DNA from: Podarcis gaigeae
Lineage: Eukaryota
DNA: 64,000 nt
Strand: one strand, 5' to 3'
Assembly (NCBI GenBank): GCA_964106915.2
Contig: OZ066921.1
Positions 1-38,200 of the stretch are shown in pieces (within the stretch, counting starts at the first letter, position 1; every line of letters begins with the position of its first letter). The notes under the pieces were generated by a model. The model did no database searches and had not been told where the DNA came from. It worked only from the letters and a program-made list of their open reading frames with translations. A program made the position numbers and the translations under genes.

Positions 1-829
1 TGCTGGAAACTACGGGAGGGGAGAGTTTTCTTGTACTCAAAGCCTGCTTAATGGTTTCCCACAGGCCCCTTAGTGACCATTGAGACAACAGGAAGCTGGA
101 CTAGATGGGCCATTGGTCTGATCCAGCAAGCTCCTCATAAGTTTTTAATAATGATATATATATTAATCAAAATTGCCCGGTAGGCAGCAAAGCATTTCAG
201 TCCAGAAATACTAAATAGAGACACTGAGAAGTCTCCTTGGCTGGCTTTCCAAGATTAAAGCTGCTTTCCTCCCCACCCCCAGCAATCCATTTATGTCCTC
301 CATGGGGATGTCTTTTATTTCCTGTTGATAAGGTTGTGCTCTGAAATCTCAAAAGATTTCAGAAATTTCATTGGGAAGCCATTGAAAAGAGACTGGCTTT
401 ACAATCCGTGGGCACGCGCCCGTGCGCGCCCCTTCCAGCTATATAAACCACTGGAATTCAGAAGTAGGAAACTTCTTCGCTTATTTGCTTTAGACCTTCC
501 TATAAAGAGTTTTTACTGTGGCACTCAAAGCAATGTGGAAAATCATGTTTTAGTGTCCCTATCCTCTTACTTTCTCTTTTCTTCCTCTTCCCCTTGGTTT
601 TGAAATGTTTTTGTTTCTTCTGTGCTAAGCCTTGTTTCCTTTTTAACATTTTCCTTTAACAGTATCTTAACAGTACAGTAGAAGGGTGAGCAACCTATGA
701 CCCTCCGGGTCTTGCTGGACTGCAATTCCCATCGTCCCTGATTATTGGTGGTGGATGATGGGAGTTGTAGTCCAACAATATCCAGAGGGCCACTGGTTTC
801 CTGCTCCCGGTGCAGTGAGTTCTATCTAT

Positions 830-1084
830 GAGAGCCAGCGTGGTGTAGTGGTTAAGAGCGGTAGTCACGTAATCTGGGGAACCGGGTTCGCGTCTCCGCT
901 CCTCCACATGCAGCTGCTGGGTGACCTTGGGCTAGTCACACTTCTTTGAAGTCTCTCAGCCCCACTCACCTCACAGAGTGTTTGTTGTGGGGGAGGAAGG
1001 GAAAGGAGAATGTTAGCCGCTTTGAGACTCCTGAAGGGGAGTGAAAGGCGGGATATCAAATCCAAACTCTTCTTCTTCTTCTTC
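830..1084 (+). mobile_element. Squam3-like tRNA/CORE SINE, full length, (CTT)n tail
   Basis: A box TGGTGTAGTGG, B-box-like GGTTCGCGTC, CORE-like GGGTGACCTTGGGCTAGTCAC, (CTT)n tail; near-identical copies at 53424 and 60444. Confidence 0.8.
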
Positions 1085-1947
1085 TTCTATCACTGTGGCA
1101 ACAAACCCTCTCCCATATTAGAGCTCTGATGCACTGTGTGTGCCTTTTGCCCTATTTCTTCCCCCTTAATAAGTTCCTGTGTGAGCTAGTTCATTAGAGC
1201 AAATGGGGTACTGCCCCTCTAACCTTGCTTGCCTGCCCAGGGATGGCACTGCTTGTCAACTTTCTCCTTCTTAGTCTCAGTTTTGTCCTTGTACAGCTGA
1301 GCAGGGAAGCAGACGATGGCGACAAAACCAGAATTAGTCTGTTATGCCCATCATTGGCTCTGACTATACCCACTTTGGGGCTCTCTGCCTTACCAGTCCC
1401 AATGAGCCACCACTGTTAGCATGGTCACTTAAACAAGATGAGCAGAACACAGACAGAAAAGTCCTGATAACACATTACTGTATGTGTATGTAATTTGAGG
1501 CGAAATGAATGGAGGTTTGGCCTTTCTTAGTTCAAGCCTCATGCATAGCAGGGAGACGTTCCACCAAATACACAGAGGAAAAACTCCCTTCGGAGCCAAT
1601 CGGGGTACATGCTACCTCAGCAAACATCATGGCACCCTGTCAAGTTGCTAAGCAACACTCTCAGCAACCCACCTCTTAGCTAGTGGCCTTTAACACTAAC
1701 AGAATTAACTATTAAGTTACAAACTGGATGATCCCTGCTGTTGCACTTCCAGCTAGCAGCATGGAAGGAAGAGCCTTAGACATGCCAGGGATCACTTGAT
1801 GTTCCAGTCAATAAGGCACATATGTGTGAACCAGGCCTGAGCCCGTTTTCCACCGTCCCTCCACTTAAATTTCTGCTTAAAATGGTTGTAGACAGTCTCA
1901 TCTCTTCCTCTTTCTTCACCACCCAATGTTTTATTTGCATTATGTAG

Positions 1948-29124
<27,177 letters not shown>

Positions 29125-29454
29125 CCAAAATAACTCGGACTTCCCTTGTTGTGGAATGCTGTTGGAATGGAACTGTGATCTAGGACAATTCACAGGGGAC
29201 AAGTGGATCTTTTTATACACCTCTCAAAATTCCCAACCATCTCTACATCCCAGCCTTGTCACCCACTGATCAGATTTCTTCCATGTCACCATCCAGTCCA
29301 TTGTTATAGTTTTGAAAGGCAGCTTGTGTTGCTCCCAGCTATCTCTCAGCTTACAAGAGTGTCTTCTGCAGGGTCAGAGAATGGAGCAGGAGAACCAAAT
29401 GAAATAACCACAGCACCATCTTTATTTATTTAAGTTGCGATTACTTCTTTTGTT

Positions 29455-29460
29455 AATAAA
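29455..29460 (+). terminator. Probable ATP2C2 polyadenylation signal AATAAA (3' UTR ~350 nt)
   Basis: First AATAAA I see after the stop codon; preceded by an AU-rich TTTATTTATTTA at 29421-29432. Confidence 0.6.
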
Positions 29461-32400
29461 ATGTGCCTTATAGGGGCTAATATGGCGTAGTCGTTGAGAG
29501 CATTGGACTAGGATTAAAAGCTGGGTGGGTGTGTGCAGGGAGACATAGGTTCAAATTCCCTTTGAGGTCACCAAGCAACTTTGGCCCAATTACCATGTCC
29601 AGCCTAGCCTACCTCACAGGGTTGTTGTGAGGATAAAATGAGGAGGGAGCATAGAGGACCTATGTTTGCAATCCTGAGCTCCTTGGAAGGAGAGGTAGAT
29701 AAGAAGAAAAACAAATAATATCAGGTAAATCTTGTTGAGATGGAAGGCTGCAGTCACACCAGGGTTCATTTTTTCTCCAATCTCGCTGCTAGGGAAGAAG
29801 GTTCCATATGAGACATCTATCCCAGGAATCAGTTTGGAAGATACCTTGGGAGATTATGTAGTGCAACGCTGCACTGAAATGGCAGCTTATTCCATTTCCC
29901 TGATGATTCCCTAACTGTTAATTTCTGCATTATATCTGAGCTTTTGCATGATATAAAAGCCACTTCCAGGAAACTAATGGAACATAGCACATATTTACCA
30001 TTCATTTCCATGTTATTTGATTCTTGGGTGGGGGAGGGGACTGTTTACACCCCCAGAAATCTTGGAAGCAAAAACCCAGAAAATCTTGGAAGTGATTAAA
30101 TTTGGGTTAGTACTCTGGCATGCAACTTTTTCCTGCTACCTTCATGGGAGGAATAATGGGGGAGGAGGAGCATGCATGTGCTAAAGGATACGGGACTTGG
30201 AGTACTGTCCAGGGGCATTCATTGTTCTACCACACCATGCTGACTGGTGTGAATTTTAGCATGCCATGCCATTATATCAGTCAAAAAGCCAGTTTCATAA
30301 CATAACAGAGTTAAGAGAATGTAAGAAAATTGGGCAGAGGTGACAGCATAATGATCAGGGAAACTGATGCAATATTACCCATATCTCAGTGCACCCCAAG
30401 TGTGGGGATTCTTTGGCCCACCAGATGTTGCTGAAATACACCACCTATCCTACCTGGCCACTGGCCATGCCTGCTGGGGCTGATGGGAGTTGTAGTTCAG
30501 CAACATCTGGAAAGCCAAAGGTTCTCCACACCTGATGTCTAGCCACCCGCAAATGCAGCATCCCTGACAAGACACCCAGCCTCTGCTTAAACACCTCCAT
30601 CAAAGGAAAGTCTGCTCCATCTCTAGGCACTCTATATTCCATGGCCAAACAGCCCTTAGCATTAAGACATTTGCTGTTCGTTACAACAACAGCACCACCC
30701 AAATGTCAACACCAGCCACACAGGTTCATGTTACACACTAGCGAAGATGGACTGTTAGTACTGTTTCAGCTGTTGAGTTGAATGGCTATCCTGTGACAGA
30801 GGCCCCTCTCTCATTCCAACAGCCCAGGTGGTCACCGGCCCTAGACAGAAGAACTAAATAGCTGGAAAGCATCTGATGCTTTCAAAGGCACATCTGATTC
30901 CTCCCCACACAATCGCCTTTTGCTAGGGTAGATCATTGTGGGAGGCAACTGGCAGGTAGGTATCTGTAAGGGGAAGAAGGATAAGACAGATAGGGATGGT
31001 CACACACACACACACACACACACACACCATGCTCAGCCATTTATTTCCACCTCAATTCCAAAATGCAGCAAGATGTCCCTGTGGCTCTTTCACAAAGGGG
31101 ACTGATCCAACGCCTCACAACGTTTCTTTTAGAAAAAGAAACCCAATAAAGCTTAAAAACAACAAACATTGCCCTACATTAAGAACGGTCCCTGGTACTA
31201 GGCAACGGCTAAGAACAAGAAATAGGTGGATGAGACCATTTCCTCCCAAGGATCCTGCCCATTCTTCTTGTGGGGGAACCATCCAAGGGCTATATGCTGG
31301 GGTGGGCGGGGTCAGAGGCAAAAGTAAGTGGAGCACTTTGCACAGTAAGCTAGCTGAGTCTTGCCTTTGGACATTCCAGTGATGCAGGAGTCAGTGGTTT
31401 CTACAGACACACACTCACCCCTCTCTAGCCAGCCAAGGCAAGCAAGAGGCATTATGGCAGCTCAAGGACGTATTCCAGACAGGCAAAAGCACTCAAAGGA
31501 AAATGAGGGGTGTTGGTCCACAGAGGGTTCTGAGGGCCACATTCAAAGATGACAAACCTCAGTCCCAGTGGCTGACATAGACTCAAATAAAAACCTTACC
31601 CAAAGAAGCTGCAGAGTTGTAGAAAAGACCTGGAACAATTTATTTGTTGCAGTTAATTTGGTACATGCAACTGGATGTGCATTATTATAAAACCACTCAA
31701 AAGGTGTTAAAAAGAAAACAAAGGGGAAAGAAATAGCATCATGAACAGGACAAACTCTTCTGTGCTGGTCTCTGGCTTGGAGTTTCTCTTCTTCCAGCAT
31801 GGAACATCTCCCTTTGCTTGAAGCTGTATTCCAAGTGTTAGCACATGTAGGAAATGCAGCTGGGCAACACATCTATCTATTGCTTGATCTACGCCACAAT
31901 TTTGCCCTCCGTGAATATATACCCACCATTATATTTTTAAAAGAGGAAAGACCAAAGGATGTGCTCAAAGCAAGCTCACAGCCATCACCCTGGAGAAAAA
32001 AATCCCAGCTAAAGAAGATGGAAAATCTACAATTCTTCCAATTGGCTGGAACAAGATCAAAAGGAAAAACCAGGTCCACACCCACCTTTGTCCATGGTTT
32101 TCTATGCCTGACGGAGTTGCAAAGGATTATAAAACATCTGCTATGGTCCAGTTCCCTTGTGCTGAGCAGTGCTGTACTTGATTCTCCTCCATCCAGCTTC
32201 CTGGTCCACAGGGACAAGGGCGTAACTACCTTCGCTGTCAGTCTATGTCTCTGAATACCAGCTGCTGCAAATTGCAGCGGACAGAGAATCTTGCACTCCT
32301 GCCCTGCTTCAGGGTTTCCCACAGGCAGCTGCTTGGGAGAAGAGGATGCTCAACTAGATGGGCCCTTGGCCTGATTCAGCAGGCTTTTTATGTTCCCCCC

Positions 32401-33535
32401 GCCCAGGAAATGCGATCAGCTTGGTGACCACCTTCAGCACGCTTGCTTCCCTTACCCCAGGGGTGGCTAACCTGTGGCCTCCCAGTTGGCATTGGTGATT
32501 CCCCCTGACGGCTGGACCATCCTGGCTGGTGCTATTGGGAGCTCAGCATCTGGAAGGCCACAGGTTAGTCTCTGGTGCCTTACACTGATCAATATCTGCT
32601 AGAAAAACCTTACATATTAAGCTGTCGTGTGCAGAGTCAGACAAATTGATCCATCTAGCCTGGCACTGCCAGCTGTGACTGAGCAGGGTCTTTAAAGGTC
32701 TCTCTTGAGGAGAGGTGTTTTCTATCAGACCTACATGATCCTGCTAGCTGGAGCTGCCTAGGATCACACTTCAGCCTTTCTGCCCACAAAACACATATTC
32801 TACCCCTCAGCTAAAGTCCATGTCTCCCAGAGGAGGGGATCAAGTGAAAATCATCCTCTGTCAGGCCTCTCTTCTGATCTTCCTCCTCTCTACTTTTGAG
32901 AGGAGGCTGGTTCCAGCAGAAGGAGAGGCACCTGGGCCACATAAACACCACACATTTTTTAATCCTGCGATACCACCTTAAACAAAGAGTTGTTTAGGAG
33001 ACACACACCCCATTCCCCTCACAGGCCTACAATTCGCAGAGTTCCCTGTGAAGAGAGACTGATTGTTATCGACTCTGAGAATTGCAGCTCCGGGAGAGGA
33101 AGGACGAACAGAGCTTAACTCTCTATAAGGCAGCTTCCTATTGCCCCTATGAAAAAGAGACTAGGATATAACTAGCTAGCTACCATAGGTTGGATAAACA
33201 GTGAGACACAGCATCCGTCTACACAGATAAACCATCAATCAGGACAGAAGGAGCTCTTTCAGATTAACATGCAGATTTTCCATTTCAAGCTTCTATTGCC
33301 TTGTCTCATAAACACTATTCTACAGAAAGAAACATGACTGTGAACATGATTTAATTTCTGTCCTGCGGCCTGTCCCTAAGCATTTTTAGGTAGAAGCCCC
33401 ACTGAATTCAATCAGACAAGACTCCCAAGTAAGGGTGTAGCAAGATTTGAGGCTATATGGCTATAAGGCAACATGGAAGGATTTGCTATCAAAGTATAGC
33501 TGCCAAACAAGAAACACCCCTATGTATCTTGTAGA

Positions 33536-33541
33536 TTTATT
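33536..33541 (-). terminator. Candidate MEAK7 polyadenylation signal (AATAAA with downstream GU-rich element)
   Basis: Minus strand AATAAA followed ~16 nt later by GGGGTGTTTCTTGTTTGG. Confidence 0.5.
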
Positions 33542-35165
33542 GCAACAAAGCTGGTGGAACAAAATAGTTCCTTCTAAGGTTACAGACCTTAAACATGATG
33601 TCACCAAGTCAGAATAGTATACATAAAAGATGCACTCAGAAGCCGGATCTGTTCACTCAGAAGACCAGAACAGATCCAGCTATTGTGGAAATTATGCCTT
33701 TGCAACTTGATCAAATATGTCAACAAGCCAAAGGACACTTCAATTTCCAACATACTGTTTACCTCTATAGACCACTTTTATTTTATTGTTATTCCCCACC
33801 TTTCAGTAATCTGCGAGGCTCAAGTGGAACTATAGTGAAAGCTAATACTTGTTTTTCACACTTGCAAAGGGAATGTCAGTTTTAGATTCCTTGCTTTGCA
33901 TACTTAATTTTCTATTTAAAAGTTCACTACCTTAAGACTTAAAAAAAAGAGGGGGGGGAGCTAAGGAAACTGTTTTGAATACCAAGCCTTGTCAAGCAAC
34001 TTTTTCACACACACACTTACTTTTCAGAGCATGATAAGAAGTCCTGAGTAGCTCTAAAGTTTGCAGCTTATGTTTCAGATGATATCATCTTATTTGCTGT
34101 GTGGTTTGTGTTGCATAGAGGTGCAGATTTGCAAAGCGGACAGTGGCATGAAAATCCAACTTAGAGCCCCGTCTTCACACCCCTTCATAGTTCCCTAGAC
34201 TGAATCCTGAAGTAGGCCTTAAATTGAGGACTTGAGATCATTTCTCGGCAATACCTAGCAAAGAAAATTTGGTCTTTGGGTTTCAGACATTGCTAAGTTT
34301 GGCTGCAACCAGCATTTCATCCTTCAGACTGGCGCCCCGACTGACAGGCTGCATCCACTGCTTCACCGCATGATTTAGCAATGATTCGTGCTGATCCGGT
34401 TAACCTGCAACTTGCCGCCAGCAGCTCAAGGATCAGCCCAATGCATCTTAAAGGGTCTGGTGTAGTGATGCCATACGCACCCAGAAATTCACCAGGGAGG
34501 CGGTCTTTCGCTTGCACTCCCAACACTGGCCTGTGCCTGCACCACCCTAGAAATGTGACTTGGTTCTCAGTCCTATACACTTATATGAACGGTGTCTGGG
34601 ACAGCAGTCTGAGACTAAAAGCAGCATCGATCAAGTGCTCGGTTCTCTGGCTACTGCCTTTAAAACATTCAAAATGTGAGTTTCCTAAAGCAGGGTCTGT
34701 GAATGTTCAACCCTGGGTTGAACCAACTGTCCCCAACAAAACTTGCTTCAACATGATTAGCAAAGACCCTCTTGAGCAAACAAGCTGAAATTTGTTCAGG
34801 AAGCTGTTTCCCAACAGGATTCTCAAAAACTCCCTTAAGCTGCTCACAGACGAAATGTGTGACTAAATAGTGGATGCTAACACTGATCCAAAGGAGGGGG
34901 AGGGGCATGGACCTGTCTTCATTTGTATTCAGCAATACCCTTGATTATTAAGAACTACCTAAAGCATGCAATCACCCCATCTGTCCATCACAGACAAACC
35001 ATCCCGCTACGCAAAGGATTTGTCTCCTAACCAGACAACATGCAGCTCTAGGAAAACACATTACACTTGAGCGGTTTGTGTTATTGCGTTTTCACATGTG
35101 GTGTTGGAGAGAGATCAGAGACGGCTCTGCACAAAGCATCAGGCAAGAGCTTCCAGGCCTTGTTC

Positions 35166-35291
35166 TCAGTTGTCGCCCCCGTCGCCATTGGTCGGATCCC
35201 GCAACCCATCGCTCTTTCGGCCCTTCCCGATCATCTCCAGCAAAGCCTGGGCCTCGGGGTCTGCGTCCAGGATGCTCTTCTGCCCTGTGCC
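35166..35291 (-). CDS. MEAK7: MEAK7 last coding exon (GTGQKSILDADPEAQALLEMIGKGRKSDGLRDPTNGDGGDN*)
   Basis: tttag|GGC ... AAC TGA, 126 nt. Confidence 0.92.
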   Translation of the reverse strand, partial: GTGQKSILDADPEAQALLEMIGKGRKSDGLRDPTNGDGGDN

Positions 35292-38200
35292 CTAAATCAA
35301 AACCCAGAAGGCAGGTTGGAACACCAAACAAAATAGGAATTCAAGAAAGGGAACAGGTCACGGTCAACCCATCCTGGGGCCCTTTCATTTTCACGTCACG
35401 TCTGCGTTAGAAGGAAGTTGTTATTGCTTCCCTGTGCAGCTCCCCCCCACCCCCCGGCCATCCCTCTGCAAACAGCAGGACAGGTTCTGCAGCCCCCGCC
35501 CACTTGCCAGCCTACTTTGTTGGTCCAGTCAAACAGGTTGGGTAAGGTCACAGAGCTTCCTGAAATGACTGCAGAAGGGGACCCATGTCAGAGCGTGATC
35601 TCTGATCGCTAAGAGGAACCCTTGGGGCACCGCTGGGGGAAGGAAGGGAAGAAACACAAAAAACAGTACATGCACCCACACCCACCATGGTATTGCTGCC
35701 AAGAAACTTAGCAGCTTTTCTGTGCCAGGAGAGCAGTATGAAAATGCAGTTTTCCTCTCCGAAACTTTTAACAGACAATTAACTCTAGTCTTGATTTGGA
35801 AGTGGGTGTACCTGTCTCTGCAATGGCTCTTGCTGCTGTTTTGATTGTTGTTTGGCGATTAGACTTGTAACTGGTGTTAGCACTGAACAGAAGTTTTATT
35901 TTGCCTTTAGCCTTTTCATACATGCATGGTGCTATCATAGAAAAGGGCTGGCATCCAGAAGAAATAATACAACCATGCACAGCAGCCCACTGTGGCCTCA
36001 ATAAATCTGCTTTTGTTATCCAAGAGGACATGACACAAACAAGAAGACATGACACATCCCCTCACAATACTGATCACCCGTCTGCGGACTGAGTGACTCA
36101 AAGGAGTTGGGGGGCTGCAGACATCACAGCTGCCTGTCCACTCAACCTCCTTTCCTCAAACAGGAGACTAGCACTGATAGCCTGTTGGGTGCCATTTACA
36201 CAGCACAATGCTGTGCCTGCACAGTGGTTGCTTCCTGAAGGTTCCCACCCTCCAGTGTAACATCCCTTAGTGTTGATAGAGATGGAAATTTGCAAGCTGT
36301 TTTGACTTAGAGAATTCATGTGTGAGTTTCAGGGGGCCAGACCCACTGCTCAGCTAAGGTAAAGGTAAAGGGACCCCTGACCATTAGGTCCAGTCATGGC
36401 CGACTCTGGGGTTGCAGCACTCATCTCGCTTTATTGGCCGAGGGAGCCGGCGTACAGCTTCCGGGTCATGTGGCCAGCATGACTAAGCTGCTTCTGGCGA
36501 ACCAGAGCAGCGCACGGAAACGCTGTTTACCTTCCCGCCGGAGCGGTGCCTATTTATCTTCTTGCACTTTGACGTGCTTTCAAACTGCTAGGTGGGCAGG
36601 AGCAGGGACCGAGCAACAGGAGCTCACCCTGTCACGGGGATTCGAACCGCCGACCTTCTGATCAGCAAGTCCTAGGCTCTGTGCTTTAACCCACAGGTTA
36701 TTGTTTAGCTAGAGAGACAGTCACAACAGTCACTTACGGCTGCACTTTCTGGGAGGTCTCCCACCGCCCAAACCTCCATGGCGTCCAACGTGAAGTTCTC
36801 CTTGGCCGACAGCTGAGGGCTGTTGTACGTGGTGCATCTGGGCTTGGCTTTGCTGTGGCCCCTCCCATAGTTGCTGTCGATCCACAGGCCGAAGTATTCA
36901 TGTTGTCCACCCATGCCCTAGGAAAGAATAACAAAGGGGTTTGGCCGACGCAGTGCAACATGCACAGTCTGCTCCTTAATTGAATGACCCTATCAGCATT
37001 GGGAGGGGCTGGAAGGACACGCTATGGCAATCCACCCAGAGGCAGGTGTGCTGGCCCCAACCACACCCGACCCATCTAAAATGGGCCTTGCTGGGTCAGG
37101 CCAAAGCGCTACGCAGCTCACACATCCTGCTTCTTGCAGTGCTCAATCATCAGGTGCCTCAGAGAATCCCACAAGCAGGGCATGAAGGCACATCTATGCT
37201 ACTAGTCCTCAAGAACTGGTGGCACATTACCTCTGAACAGGGAGGTCCTGGATAGCAACCATGACTTTACAGGTTTTGCTTTCTCCATTAATTATCTAAC
37301 CCCCTTCCAAAATGAGCTAAGCTAACAGCCATCATCACACCTGTGAAAAAGCCATAGGCTATGTGGTACAGAAACAGCAAGACAGAATACAAGTACAAAT
37401 CAGTTTCACTTACATCAAGCACCACACCATTTTAAAGTCAAACTACACACTGAAGGGGAATACCTAAGAAGAAAATACTGAAGAAGCAATGAAGAACACA
37501 TCTTCCTATTCATTAGGATTTGGGGAGAAAACTCCCAACAGGCTCTCCTCTGCTGAACTTTTATTTTTTACAATAACCATTTTTGTATTTATATCCTTTC
37601 AATGTATGCATCACTTACTTTTTCTTTTAATGGTTGCCTACATTTCATCATTTTTTACATTAAGAATATGTAATTCTGGAATCATCTGGCTTCCCTTGTT
37701 CTCTGCATTTTGCCTTGTAAAAAAATAAAATAAAAGCTCAACTAAATAAATATAGGCTTTCGGTCAGATGCTCAGCAAAGGCCATCTGGCCAACCACGCA
37801 CATGCACACACACACACACACACAAAATCTGGACAAGCAGATCAAGCACACAATCTGCCCAACCCACAATCTTCAAGTGGTGTGATCCAGCAAAAACTGA
37901 CCCTCACAGTCACACTGCAGAAGAGGACTAGATTCCCCAGGATGACTGAAAGTGCCGTAATACAAGACAAGGCTTTATCCTGTAACCGTTTTGTACTTAC
38001 AAGGCCATTCGGCATTGTCTGCTGCCCATGATTCAGGTACATGTAGTGGTCGTTGTAGCCGGTGTAAGTGAAGACCTCAAGCGAGGGGGAAACAGAGAAC
38101 AGAAAGCATCCGTTGTTGCCTGTAAAATGACAGTGGAAGGAAGAAGGAGCACAGACCAAATAGCAAGGAACAGCAAGGAAGGCAGAACAGAGGAACCTGC

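Noticed and set aside
325-603. 92-aa ORF as ATP2C2 coding exon 1
   Set aside because: It starts at TTG, has no convincing similarity to the SPCA2 N-terminus as I recall it, and has no suitable phase-0 donor; the true start exon is probably upstream of the window
31799-32322. Overlapping 151-aa and 149-aa ORFs between the two genes
   Set aside because: No recognisable domain or splice structure; partly overlaps a CR1 remnant; probably UTR or intergenic DNA
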